NCBI GenBank assembly: GCA_040902745.1
Contig: JBBDWR010000014.1
Location: 6,374 to 70,373, forward strand
From: Actinomycetota bacterium
GTDB lineage: Bacteria; Actinomycetota; UBA4738; HRBIN12
Length of the DNA stretch: 64,000 nt
Direction: 5' to 3'
Numbering within the stretch: the first letter of the stretch is position 1; every line of letters begins with the position of its first letter. The translations under genes and the position numbers were made by a program. The notes beneath the pieces are model-generated. The model was not told the origin of the DNA. It was given only the letters and a program-made list of their open reading frames with translations, and made no database searches. This document shows positions 37,055 to 46,354 of the stretch, one piece after another.

Positions 37055-38052
37055 GGCGGCCCCGGCATCGTCGGTGGCCCCGGTATCGGCGGCGGCTCCG
37101 GCGTCGACCCGCCGCCGGCGATGTCACCCTCGCCCTCGGTCAACGCGAGGAACACCGATTCGAGATCTGCCTCGTCCGGTCGGAGCTCGCTCAGGTAGAT
37201 CCCCCGATCTGCAAGGACATGGGTGACACGGGACGCTTCGGCTCCGTCGATCTGCACACGCAAGTGGCCATCGCGAGCCTCCGTCGGGATCCCGGCAGCC
37301 TGCAACGCGGCGGCGGCGGCTGCGAGGTCGTCTGCGCGTACGAGCATCGCCTCCTGCTCCCCGGACGAGAGCACTTCGTGCACCGGGCCGGCCGCGACAC
37401 ATCTGCCGCGCGACAGGATCGCGACGCGGTCGGCGACCTGCTGTACCTCCGTCAGGATGTGGCTCGAGACGAAGACGGTGCGGCCCTCGGCCGCGAGGCG
37501 TCGAGTAAGTTCGCGCACCTCCCGGATCCCAGCGGGGTCCAATCCGTTGGCCGGTTCGTCGAGGATCAGCAGCGCCGGATCTTTCAACAGCGCCGCCGCG
37601 ATCCCGAGCCGCTGCTTCATGCCGAGCGAGTAGGTCTTCACGGTGGTGTCCGCACGATCGGCCAGACCCACGCGATCAAGTGTGGCTTCGATCGCGGCGG
37701 ACCCGATGCCCTCCACCCTCCCGAGCAGATCGAGGTTGCGGCGTCCCGTGAAGCGAGGGAAGAACGTCGGGGTCTCGACGATCGAGCCGATCCGGCCGAT
37801 CACCCCGGCGAGCCCACTCGGAGTATCCACGCCGAGGATGCGACACCTGCCCGAAGAGGGACGGACGAGTCCAAGCAGACAACGGATCGTCGTGGTCTTG
37901 CCGGCACCGTTGGGGCCGAGGAATCCGAATACACCACCCTCGGGGACGCTGAGATCCAGCCCGTCGACCGCGATGGTCCGCCCGCCACGCAGGCGTCGAT
38001 ACTCCTTTCGAAGTCCCTCTACCTCGATGATCGCACTGATACGTCGCTCCAT
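37051..38052 (-). CDS. ABC transporter ATP-binding protein (ABC-2/exporter type) with Pro-rich C-terminal tail
   Basis: ATG at 38052 (MERRISAIIEVEGLRKEY). Walker A GPNGAGKTT, signature LSLGMKQRLGIA, Walker B LLILDEPANGLD. C-terminal extension ends GGGSTPEPPPIPGPPTMPGPP. Confidence 0.85.
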   Translation of the reverse strand: MERRISAIIEVEGLRKEYRRLRGGRTIAVDGLDLSVPEGGVFGFLGPNGAGKTTTIRCLLGLVRPSSGRCRILGVDTPSGLAGVIGRIGSIVETPTFFPRFTGRRNLDLLGRVEGIGSAAIEATLDRVGLADRADTTVKTYSLGMKQRLGIAAALLKDPALLILDEPANGLDPAGIREVRELTRRLAAEGRTVFVSSHILTEVQQVADRVAILSRGRCVAAGPVHEVLSSGEQEAMLVRADDLAAAAAALQAAGIPTEARDGHLRVQIDGAEASRVTHVLADRGIYLSELRPDEADLESVFLALTEGEGDIAGGGSTPEPPPIPGPPTMPGPP

Positions 38053-38158
38053 CCGCTGCCGGGCAGACCCGACCGGAGCACACACTAGCCGCAGCTGATG
38101 CCTCGACACGACGGTTGTGCGGAGTGCGAAACCAGGAACCCGAGGGACCGAGGACCGA

Positions 38159-38189
38159 TTGACAGCGGCCATGTCCTTCCGGCACAATC
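38159..38189 (+). promoter_or_regulatory. candidate sigma-70-like promoter upstream of aceA
   Basis: TTGACA (38159-38164), a 19-nt spacer, then CACAAT (38184-38189). The spacer is longer than optimal. A 19-codon uORF ([19 protein letters not shown]) follows. Confidence 0.25.
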
Positions 38190-38381
38190 ACCTCATGTTT
38201 GAACCGTCGTTCAGCCAAGCTGTGGATCGACGGGGCTTCGTAGCTATCGCCTAAGGCGTGCACCGGGCCCTTCGCCCGAGCACGCCGAGACCTCTCGCCG
38301 CGGCGGGGGGTCTTTCTCGTTCCGGTCGCCGGATCGAGCAACCCACCACCAGTACCGACCAGGGCACGAAAGGACCGAGAG

Positions 38382-39725
38382 ATGACGAGCCAGGGGAACG
38401 AGGAGCGGATCCGCCGAGGGGCGGAAGAACTCGAGAAGCGCTGGGAGACCGACCCACGGTGGAGCGGCGCCGAGCGCAACTACTCTGCAGAGGAGGTCAT
38501 CCGCCTTCGGGGCTCCTTCTCGATCGAGCACACCGTCGCTCGACGCGGCGCCGAGATCCTGTGGGACCTCGTCAACTCAGAGGACTACGTCGCCGCCCTC
38601 GGCTGCCTGACCGGCGGCCAGGCGGTCGAGACCGTGAAAGCGGGGCTGAAGGCGATCTACCTGTCGGGATGGCAGGTGGCCGCGGACGCCAACCTCGCGG
38701 GACACACCTATCCCGACCAGTCGCTGTACCCGGCGAACTCCGTCCCCGCCGTCGTGAAGCGGATCAACAACGCCTTGCAGCGCGCGGACCAGATCGCATG
38801 GGGCGAGGGCAAGGGCGCCGACGTCAACTGGATGGCGCCGATCGTCGCGGACGCGGAGGCGGGCTTCGGTGGCACGCTCAACGCCTTCGAGCTGATGAAG
38901 AGCATGATCGAGGCCGGCGCAGCCGGCGTGCACTACGAAGACCAGCTTGCGAGCGAGAAGAAGTGCGGGCACTTGGGTGGCAAGGTGTTGATCCCGACCA
39001 ACGCGTTCGTCCGCACGCTGACCGCCGCACGCCTGGCCGCCGACGTGCTCGATGTGCCGACAGTGCTCGTCGCACGCACCGACGCCCTGGCCGCGACGCT
39101 GGTCACCAGCGACGTCGATCCCCGCGACAAGCGGTTCACAACCGGCAAGCGCACGCCGGAGGGCTTCTACTACGTGGACGAGGGGCTCGACGCGGCGATC
39201 GACCGCGGGATCAGCTACGCCCCGTATGCCGACATGTTGTGGTGCGAGACCAGCACGCCAGATCTCGAGGAGGCGCGGAAGTTCGCGGAGTCGATCCACG
39301 ACAAGTACCCGGGCAAGCTGCTCGCCTACAACTGCTCGCCATCGTTCAACTGGCGCAAGCACCTGGACGACGCGACGATCGCGAAGTTCCAGAAGGAGCT
39401 CGGCGCGATGGGCTACCGCTTCCAGTTCATCACGCTGGCCGGCTTCCACGCCTTGAACTCGAGCATGTTCGAGCTGGCCTACGGCTACGCACGCGAGGGC
39501 ATGACGGCCTACGTCGGCTTGCAGGAGCACGAGTTCGAGATGGAGAGCGACGGCTACACCGCGACGCGTCACCAGGCCGAGGTCGGCACCGGGTACTTCG
39601 ATCAGGTCTCACAGGTGATCACCAGCGGCGAATCCTCCACGCTCGCGCTCAAGGGGTCCACCGAAGAAGCGCAGTTCCTCGAAGAGGGAACGTCGCACCG
39701 CAAGGACATCGAACCCAAGCACTGA
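38382..39725 (+). CDS. aceA: isocitrate lyase
   Basis: 447 aa. ICL signature K(K)CGH(L) present as KKCGHLGGK. Conserved N-terminus and TIM-barrel motifs. Confidence 0.95.
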   Translation: MTSQGNEERIRRGAEELEKRWETDPRWSGAERNYSAEEVIRLRGSFSIEHTVARRGAEILWDLVNSEDYVAALGCLTGGQAVETVKAGLKAIYLSGWQVAADANLAGHTYPDQSLYPANSVPAVVKRINNALQRADQIAWGEGKGADVNWMAPIVADAEAGFGGTLNAFELMKSMIEAGAAGVHYEDQLASEKKCGHLGGKVLIPTNAFVRTLTAARLAADVLDVPTVLVARTDALAATLVTSDVDPRDKRFTTGKRTPEGFYYVDEGLDAAIDRGISYAPYADMLWCETSTPDLEEARKFAESIHDKYPGKLLAYNCSPSFNWRKHLDDATIAKFQKELGAMGYRFQFITLAGFHALNSSMFELAYGYAREGMTAYVGLQEHEFEMESDGYTATRHQAEVGTGYFDQVSQVITSGESSTLALKGSTEEAQFLEEGTSHRKDIEPKH

Positions 39726-39752
39726 GGCATCGGCCCGCAGTAGGGTCACGGC

Positions 39753-41159
39753 GTGACCGAGCAAGCGCGGATCGTCGTGGTCGGGGCCGGACTGGCCGGC
39801 CTCGCGTGCGCATACCGGCTCTCGCAGGTGGGCGTGCACTCCGAGGTGTTCGAGGCCCGCGATCGGCTCGGCGGGCGGTGCTGGTCCGCGCCGGGGCTGA
39901 TCGACGGACAGGTGGCCGAGCACGGCGGCGAGTTCATCGATCCGGACCACGTGCATCTGCACCGGCTGATCGGCGAACTCGGTCTCGAACTCGAGGACCG
40001 GGGGACGGCCGGCAAGGCCGAGGGTCCGACCGACGGCGCCTTCGTCACCGAAGGTATGACCGTCCCGCGCGCAGCGGTGGATGCCGACGTGCCCGCCTTC
40101 GTTCGCGCACTGGAAGCTGACCTGCAACGAGCGGGCGAGGACTGGAGCCACGACCGCGCCGGCTCCGAGGCCAAGTCGCTCGACTCGATGTCCGCGCAGG
40201 TGTGGTTCGACGCGAACCTGCCGGATCCGTCGGGCCCGCTGGCCAAGATGCTGCGCACGCTCACGCTCAACATGTTCGGCGCTCCTCCCGAGCGGATCAG
40301 CTCGCTCGTGGTGCTGGAGTTGTTCGCCTCGTTGGCCGACGAGCCCGACGGCGGGTCGATCTTCGGATGGATCAGCCGAACGATGAACGGCACGACGCAC
40401 GTGCGCGGGGGCAACGATCTCGTCGTCTCGGGCATGGCCGATCGGTTGCCATCGGGATCGATCCACATCCGAACCCCGCTCGAGGTGCTCCGGCGCAGCG
40501 AGAACGGGCGTGTCGCCATGCGCTTCGGCGGTCTGGACGAGGAAGTCGTTGCCGATCGTGTCGTGCTCACGCTCCCGTTCACCGCGTTGCGCGAGGTCGC
40601 GATCGACGATGCGGGGCTGTCTCCCGAGAAGCTCGCGAGTATCCGCGAGCTCGGGATGGGTACCAACACCAAGCTTCTCCTGGGCATGCGGCGTCGGGTC
40701 GCCGCGCACGAGAGTTGGCGCGGATGGGCCGCGAAGGACGAGCCGGATCTGTTCGCGTGGGACACGACGATCGCGCAACCGGGAGCCTCCGCGATCCTGA
40801 CGGTGTTCACCGGGGAACGGGTCTTCGATGCCACCGATCCGCACGGTCCGCCTCCGGAGTCGGTCTTGCGTGAGGGCCTGGCCGCCGCGGATGTGATGGC
40901 GCCGGGACTCGCCGCGTCGGCGGGCGGCGTCGCTTGGCTCGACTCCTGGCCCGACGATCCTTGGAGCCGCGGCTCCTACGCCGTGTTCCTTCCCGGGCAG
41001 GTCACCCGATGGCTGGGCTTTCTCGGCCTGCCCGAGGGTCCCGTGCACTTCGCGGGGGAACACACCTCCACCACCGCGCAGGGCTACCTGGAGGGAGCGG
41101 TCGAGAGCGGGGAACGCGCGGCGCGTGAGGTTCAGGCCTCGGTCGGCATCCCCGCCTGA
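39753..41159 (+). CDS. flavin-containing amine oxidase (MAO/putrescine oxidase-like)
   Basis: GTG start. N-terminal FAD dinucleotide-binding motif RIVVVGAGLAGLACAYRL...EVFEARDRLGGR. C-terminal FAD-contact motif FAGEHTS. Confidence 0.8.
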   Translation: MTEQARIVVVGAGLAGLACAYRLSQVGVHSEVFEARDRLGGRCWSAPGLIDGQVAEHGGEFIDPDHVHLHRLIGELGLELEDRGTAGKAEGPTDGAFVTEGMTVPRAAVDADVPAFVRALEADLQRAGEDWSHDRAGSEAKSLDSMSAQVWFDANLPDPSGPLAKMLRTLTLNMFGAPPERISSLVVLELFASLADEPDGGSIFGWISRTMNGTTHVRGGNDLVVSGMADRLPSGSIHIRTPLEVLRRSENGRVAMRFGGLDEEVVADRVVLTLPFTALREVAIDDAGLSPEKLASIRELGMGTNTKLLLGMRRRVAAHESWRGWAAKDEPDLFAWDTTIAQPGASAILTVFTGERVFDATDPHGPPPESVLREGLAAADVMAPGLAASAGGVAWLDSWPDDPWSRGSYAVFLPGQVTRWLGFLGLPEGPVHFAGEHTSTTAQGYLEGAVESGERAAREVQASVGIPA

Positions 41160-41200
41160 TCCCGTCGGACGTTCGGCCGTCCGCGTGTCACCATCGACGG

Positions 41201-42130
41201 GTGGATCTTCCAGAACTCTTCGCCGTCGACGATGTCATCGTGATCGACGGAGGCATGTCGACCGCGCTCGCCGCGCGCGGAGTGGATCTGTCGGGCGAGC
41301 TGTGGACCGCCCGCGCCCTGCGAGACGATCCCGAGGCGGTGATCGCGGCACACCTGGATTTCCTCCGGGCGGGAGCGCGCGTCGTGATCACCGCGAGCTA
41401 CCAGTCCTCCCTCGAAGGACTGCGGCGCGTCGGGATCGGCGATGACGAAGCGCGCGCCCTGATCGCCAAGAGCGTCGAACTCGCTGCCGAGGCGCGGAAA
41501 AGGTTCGGCGCGGAGCGCCCGCAAGCGGGACCGGTGCTGGTTGCCGGATCCGTCGGGCCGTTCGGCGCGATGCTCGCGCAGGGTCAGGAGTTCACGGGCG
41601 ACTACGGCAATGACGTCGGCCGCGACGAGCTGATCGCCTTTCACCGGCCACGGGTCGAGTTGTTGCTGGACGCCGGCGCCGATCTGCTCGCGGTCGAAAC
41701 GATGCCGCGGGTCGATGAGGCAGCCGCGGTGCTCGAGGCGCTCCGCGAACGTCCCTGGGGACGGGCCTGGCTCAGCTTCACGGGCCGCAAAGGTCGGACG
41801 GCTGCGGGCGACCCGATCGAGGACGCCGCGCGGCTGGCGGACGCTTCGTCCCAGGTGGTGGCCGTCGGCGTGAACTGCACGCCGCCCGGAGAGGTGGCGG
41901 ACCTGTTGGGGAGGATCCGATCGGTGACGACCAAACCTCTGGTGGCCTATCCCAACGCCGGGGGGCGGTGGGACGCGGTCGCCAGGGCGTGGGCACCCGA
42001 ACCACGCGATCGCTTCGACGAGGACGAGGTTCGGAACTGGCTCCGCACGGGCGCGACCCTCGTGGGCGGCTGCTGCGGGATCGGGGTGCAAGGCGTTGCC
42101 GACGTCGCCGAATTCGTGCGTCACGGCTGA
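41201..42130 (+). CDS. homocysteine S-methyltransferase-domain protein (MmuM/BHMT/MetH Hcy-binding module)
   Basis: VIVIDGGMSTALAARG matches the DGG(L/M)(A/S)T motif of the S-methyl_trans (Pfam PF02574) fold. A zinc-ligand Cys pair, GGCCG, lies near the C-terminus. 309 aa. Confidence 0.75.
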   Translation: MDLPELFAVDDVIVIDGGMSTALAARGVDLSGELWTARALRDDPEAVIAAHLDFLRAGARVVITASYQSSLEGLRRVGIGDDEARALIAKSVELAAEARKRFGAERPQAGPVLVAGSVGPFGAMLAQGQEFTGDYGNDVGRDELIAFHRPRVELLLDAGADLLAVETMPRVDEAAAVLEALRERPWGRAWLSFTGRKGRTAAGDPIEDAARLADASSQVVAVGVNCTPPGEVADLLGRIRSVTTKPLVAYPNAGGRWDAVARAWAPEPRDRFDEDEVRNWLRTGATLVGGCCGIGVQGVADVAEFVRHG

Positions 42131-42302
42131 CGATCCGAATCTCACCATCTGTGTGACCGGCAGTCATGCTCTGCTCCGGATGACCTATTCCGGGGGTGAC
42201 CTTGCTGTCTGTATCATGAGCCCTCGTTTCTACGGGGTGTGACGTAACCCGCGGTCATCTTTTTGGCTCCCCACGCGACGAGCCGGAACGAAAGGCGCCG
42301 AC

Positions 42303-42956
42303 ATGGAATCCGATCTCGAAGTACTGCGGCGGGCGTTGATCGGCGCGGACCGCGATCTCGCTCTCGCCGCGACCAACCGCCTCGTCGACGACGGCACCGA
42401 TCCCACCGTGATCCTCGAGCGGGGCATGGCAGAGGCGATGTTCACGCTCGGCGAGATGTGGAAGCGGGGCGAGGTGTTCCTGCCCGAGGTCGTTGCATCG
42501 GCCGAGGTCTTCAAGCAGTGCAATGCGATCGTCGAGCCGGTGCTGCTCGCGCAGAAGTCGGGTGACGAGGAAGCCAACAAGCTGGTCGTGCTCGCCACCG
42601 TCAAGGGCGACCTGCACGACTTGGGCAAGAACATGGTCGCGGCGATGCTGCGCACGTCCGGGTTCGACGTCCACGATCTGGGCAAGAACACCAGCGCGGA
42701 CACGATCGTGAAGACGATCAACGAGTTGAGCCCGGACATCGTCGGTCTGAGCGCGCTGCTGACCACGACCGTCCCCTATCAGGAGACCGTCATCAAGGTG
42801 CTCGAGCGCGAAGGACTGCGCGACAAGGTCAAGGTGATGGTGGGCGGGGGCCCCGTGACACCGGAGTGGGCCGAGAAGATCGGGGCCGACGGGTACGCGA
42901 ACAACGCGCCCGAGGCCGTCGAGATCGCCAAGAAGCTGGTGGGGCTGTCGCAGTGA
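42303..42956 (+). CDS. cobalamin-binding corrinoid protein (MtbC/MtgC-like; B12-cap + Rossmann B12-binding)
   Basis: 217 aa. DxHxxG cobalamin-ligand motif GDLHDLGKN. N-terminal helical cap domain. A GGG loop at the C-terminus. Confidence 0.85.
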   Translation: MESDLEVLRRALIGADRDLALAATNRLVDDGTDPTVILERGMAEAMFTLGEMWKRGEVFLPEVVASAEVFKQCNAIVEPVLLAQKSGDEEANKLVVLATVKGDLHDLGKNMVAAMLRTSGFDVHDLGKNTSADTIVKTINELSPDIVGLSALLTTTVPYQETVIKVLEREGLRDKVKVMVGGGPVTPEWAEKIGADGYANNAPEAVEIAKKLVGLSQ

Positions 42957-43837
42957 GCGCCTTGTTCGGTTCCGTCGGCGACACCGTGCTCTCCGGCCCG
43001 GGCGGAGAGCTCCGGATCGGCGACGACCATCCGTTCGTCGTGATCGGCGAGCGCATCAATCCGACGGGGCGCAGCAAGCTGACGGAGCAGTTCGTCGCGG
43101 GGGACTATTCGCTGGCGAAGGCGGATGCGGTCGCGCAGGTCGAGGCGGGCGCGCGCGTGCTCGACCTGAACGCCGGGATCCCCGGCTACGACGAAGCCGA
43201 GATGCTCACCGCGCTCGTCCGGGCGGTGCACGAGGTCGTCCACGTTCCGCTGTGCATCGACTCGTCTACGCCCGAAGCGCTCGAAGCGGCGATCCCCGCG
43301 GCACAGGGCAAGGTGCTGATCAACTCGGTCACCGCCGAGCAGGAGTCGATGGATCGATTGCTGCCGCTGGTGGCCAAGCACGGAGCCGCCGTCGTCGGCA
43401 TGGCCAACGACGAGGAGGGCCCCTCGATGGATCCGACCGTCCGGCTCGCGTGCGCCCGCAAGATCGTCGAAACAGCCGCCGCCCACGGGATCGTCGCCGC
43501 CGACGTCGTGATCGACCCGATCGCGATGCCGATCGGCGCGGCTCCGGATGCGGCGACCGCGATGTACGAGACCGTTCGGCTGATCCGGACCGAGCTCGGG
43601 GTGAACACCTCCTGCGGGGCGTCGAACATCTCGTTCGGGATGCCCGACCGGCACGAGATCGACGCGGTGTTCTTGCCGCACGCGATCCTCGCCGGCATGA
43701 ACGCCGCCATCACCAACCCACTGCACCGGCCCGTACGCAAGGCGATCCTGGCAACGGACGTGTTGCTCGGGCGCGACGAGATGGCGATGGCCTGGATCAC
43801 CGCACATCGAGCCGAACTCGCGTCGGCGGAGGCATGA
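42953..43837 (+). CDS. pterin-binding methyltransferase (methyl-H4folate:corrinoid methyltransferase, AcsE/MtrH/MtgA-like)
   Basis: GTG start overlaps the upstream stop. TIM-barrel Pterin_bind features (VIGERINPTG, LDLNAG, INSV, GASNISFGMP), as in the MetH folate module. Confidence 0.8.
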   Translation: MSALFGSVGDTVLSGPGGELRIGDDHPFVVIGERINPTGRSKLTEQFVAGDYSLAKADAVAQVEAGARVLDLNAGIPGYDEAEMLTALVRAVHEVVHVPLCIDSSTPEALEAAIPAAQGKVLINSVTAEQESMDRLLPLVAKHGAAVVGMANDEEGPSMDPTVRLACARKIVETAAAHGIVAADVVIDPIAMPIGAAPDAATAMYETVRLIRTELGVNTSCGASNISFGMPDRHEIDAVFLPHAILAGMNAAITNPLHRPVRKAILATDVLLGRDEMAMAWITAHRAELASAEA

Positions 43838-43841
43838 TCGC

Positions 43842-45704
43842 GTGAGCCGCAAGCTCGAAGTCACCTACCTGCCGAGCGGCAAGACCGCACACGTGCCCGA
43901 GGGAACCTCGGTGTTCAACGCGGCGCACTGGGCAGGGCTGCCGATCGATTCCACGTGCGGCGGCCGGGGGACGTGCGGCAAGTGCAAGGTCCGGATCGTC
44001 GAAGGCGCCGGCGAACGGACGGTCGCCGACTACCGGCACGTCTCGAGCGAGGAGATGCAACAGGGGTGGCGCCTGGCGTGTCAGCAGGAGATCCACGAGG
44101 ACACGGCGTGCGACGTCCCCGCCCTGCTGCGCTCACCGAAGGCCGCGACGATGGGCGTGAACCGGTTCGTCTTGCTGGAGCCCAACGTGCAGAAAGTGCT
44201 GCTCGATCTCCCCGACGGAGCTCTCGAGGACGCACGCAGCCATATCCGTCGGATCCGCGAGACCCTGCTCGATGTCGAAGGCATCGAGATCGTTACCGCC
44301 CCGTCGGTGTTCCCGCGCATCCCGCGTGCGCTCGCGGACGAGAACACGCGGGTGACCGCCACCGTGGTGGGCGAGCACCTCGTCGACGTGGAGGCCGGCG
44401 ACACGCGAGAGCGGGTGTTCGGCATCTCCCTCGACATCGGGACCACCACCGTCGTTGCGACGCTGATCGACCTTCGCTCCGGCGCGGCCGCGGCGGTCGA
44501 GTCGACGATCAACCGACAGGCCCCCTACGGCGCGGACGTGATCGCGCGCATGGGACACGCGATGACCGGCGAGGACGCGATCGAGGAGCTGCGCGCCGCG
44601 ATCGTCGACACGGTGAACGGCTTGGTCGAGAGCGTCTGCTCGACCGCGGGCGTCGCGCGAGAGGATGTGTTCGAACTCGTCGCCGTGGGCAACGCCACGA
44701 TGCTGCACCTGCTTCTCGGGGTCGACCCCCGCTCCATCGCGCTCTCGCCGTTCGTGGCGACCTTCCTCGAGGCGCAGCAGGTCCGCGCCGCCGATATCGG
44801 CGTGCAGATCCATCCCGAGGGACGCGTCGATCTGTTCCCGTCGATCGGCGCTTACGTCGGGGCCGACATCGTCGGAGACATCGTTGCGACAGGGCTCGCA
44901 CGCGATCCGGAGAAGCGGCTGCTGGTGGACGTCGGGACCAACGGCGAGATCGCGCTCGGCAACGCGGACCGTGTGATCGCGACCTCGGCGCCTGCGGGTC
45001 CCGCGTTCGAGGGCGGGCAGATCCTGCACGGGATGCGGGCGACCGAAGGAGCGATCGAAGGTGTCGTGTTGGACGCCGACGGTGTGCACCTGCAGGTGAT
45101 CGGGGGCGACGTGACCCCGCGCGGGATCTGCGGCTCCGCGCTCATCGACATCGTGGCGCAGCTGCGGCTCACCGGACTGATCAAACCGAACGGGATCTTC
45201 GTCCCTCCCGAGGACCTCGTGGGACACCCCCTCGGGGATCGGGTGATCGATCGCGAAGGCATCCGCGCGTTCTTGCTCACCGACGACGTCGTGTTGACCC
45301 AGCTCGACATCCGCGCCCTCGCAGAGGCCAAGGCCGCGATCTCCACGGGGATCGAGGTCGTGATGGACCGGCTCGGTTTGCGCGCAGCGGACCTGGACGA
45401 GGTGATGCTCGCCGGCTCGTTCGGCACCTACATCAACCCCGCGAGCGCCCGGGTGATCGGGCTCGTGCCTGCGGTCCCCGTCGAGCGCATCAAGGCGGTC
45501 GGCAACGCGGCCAGCGAGGGTGCCAAGATGGCCCTGATGTCGTTCCGCGAACGCGAGGTCGCGTTCGAGCTTCCCGGGTTCGTCGAGTACGAGGAGCTTT
45601 CCGCGGTGGATGATTTCAACGATCGCTATATCCGTAACGTGGCCTTCCCACCGCTCGAGGCAGTCGGGGTCGAGCCGACGATCGACGTCGGAGGGGTTCG
45701 ATGA
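43842..45704 (+). CDS. corrinoid reductive-activation protein (RACo/RamA-like: N-terminal 2Fe-2S ferredoxin + ASKHA-fold ATPase, DUF4445)
   Basis: GTG start 5 nt after the upstream stop. Plant-type ferredoxin Cys motif CGGRGTCGKC...C. A long C-terminal ATPase-like domain. 620 aa. Confidence 0.8.
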   Translation: MSRKLEVTYLPSGKTAHVPEGTSVFNAAHWAGLPIDSTCGGRGTCGKCKVRIVEGAGERTVADYRHVSSEEMQQGWRLACQQEIHEDTACDVPALLRSPKAATMGVNRFVLLEPNVQKVLLDLPDGALEDARSHIRRIRETLLDVEGIEIVTAPSVFPRIPRALADENTRVTATVVGEHLVDVEAGDTRERVFGISLDIGTTTVVATLIDLRSGAAAAVESTINRQAPYGADVIARMGHAMTGEDAIEELRAAIVDTVNGLVESVCSTAGVAREDVFELVAVGNATMLHLLLGVDPRSIALSPFVATFLEAQQVRAADIGVQIHPEGRVDLFPSIGAYVGADIVGDIVATGLARDPEKRLLVDVGTNGEIALGNADRVIATSAPAGPAFEGGQILHGMRATEGAIEGVVLDADGVHLQVIGGDVTPRGICGSALIDIVAQLRLTGLIKPNGIFVPPEDLVGHPLGDRVIDREGIRAFLLTDDVVLTQLDIRALAEAKAAISTGIEVVMDRLGLRAADLDEVMLAGSFGTYINPASARVIGLVPAVPVERIKAVGNAASEGAKMALMSFREREVAFELPGFVEYEELSAVDDFNDRYIRNVAFPPLEAVGVEPTIDVGGVR

Positions 45705-46354
45705 CGACCACGGGCGCGCGGACGGCGTTCTTGGCATGCGGGGCACTCGCGAGAGAGACGCAGCAGCTGATCGCGATCAATGGCTGGGACGCGGACGTGC
45801 ACGGTGTGTCTGCGGTCCACCACCTGATGCCGCCACGCATCGTGGAGGACGTCGACCGTAAACTCGGCGATCTCACGCAGCGCTACGACAAGGTGATCGT
45901 CGTGTACGGGGATTGCGGCACGGGCGGGCGCCTCGACGATGTGCTGGCCAAGTACGGATCGGCGGTGCGGCCCGCGGGCGTGCACTGCTACCAGTGGTTC
46001 GCCGAGGACGACTTCGAGGCGATCAGCGAGGACATCGGCGTGTACTTTTTGACCGACTGGCTGGTTCGGGCATGGGAGTCGGCCGTGATCCGGGGACTCG
46101 GGCTCGACCGGTTCCCCTGGCTCAAGGACACCTACTTCGAGCACCTCACCCGGATCATCTACTTCCGTCAGGACCCCGACGAGGATCGGGCGCTGGAGAG
46201 CAAGGCTCGCGAGATCGCCGCGTTCGTCGGCAAGCCCCTGGAGATCCGCGACACGGGGCTCTCGCCGCTGCAATCGCTGCTTGCCCCCCTGTTCGACATG
46301 CAGATCGACGGGGGAGACGACGTGGAGTTGGAGGACGCCGATGTTCGACCGTGA
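45701..46354 (+). CDS. DUF1638 domain protein
   Basis: 217 aa. ATG overlaps the upstream stop, and its stop overlaps the mttB-like start. The association of this domain with methylamine methyltransferase loci is from memory. Confidence 0.6.
   Translation: MTTTGARTAFLACGALARETQQLIAINGWDADVHGVSAVHHLMPPRIVEDVDRKLGDLTQRYDKVIVVYGDCGTGGRLDDVLAKYGSAVRPAGVHCYQWFAEDDFEAISEDIGVYFLTDWLVRAWESAVIRGLGLDRFPWLKDTYFEHLTRIIYFRQDPDEDRALESKAREIAAFVGKPLEIRDTGLSPLQSLLAPLFDMQIDGGDDVELEDADVRP

Noticed and set aside
38258-40120. 620-aa plus-strand ORF out of frame over aceA and the amine oxidase
   Set aside because: Alternate-frame artefact. aceA and the amine oxidase have strong family signatures in their own frames.
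42131-42302. Cobalamin riboswitch upstream of the corrinoid protein gene
   Set aside because: Looked for a B12-box-like element and the conserved riboswitch core in the 170-bp spacer and did not find them by eye. This needs a covariance-model scan to exclude properly.
43955-45746. 552-aa plus-strand alternate-frame ORF and 537-aa minus-strand ORF over the RACo gene
   Set aside because: Arg-rich shadow ORFs. The RACo frame has the ferredoxin Cys motif and is translationally coupled to its neighbours.
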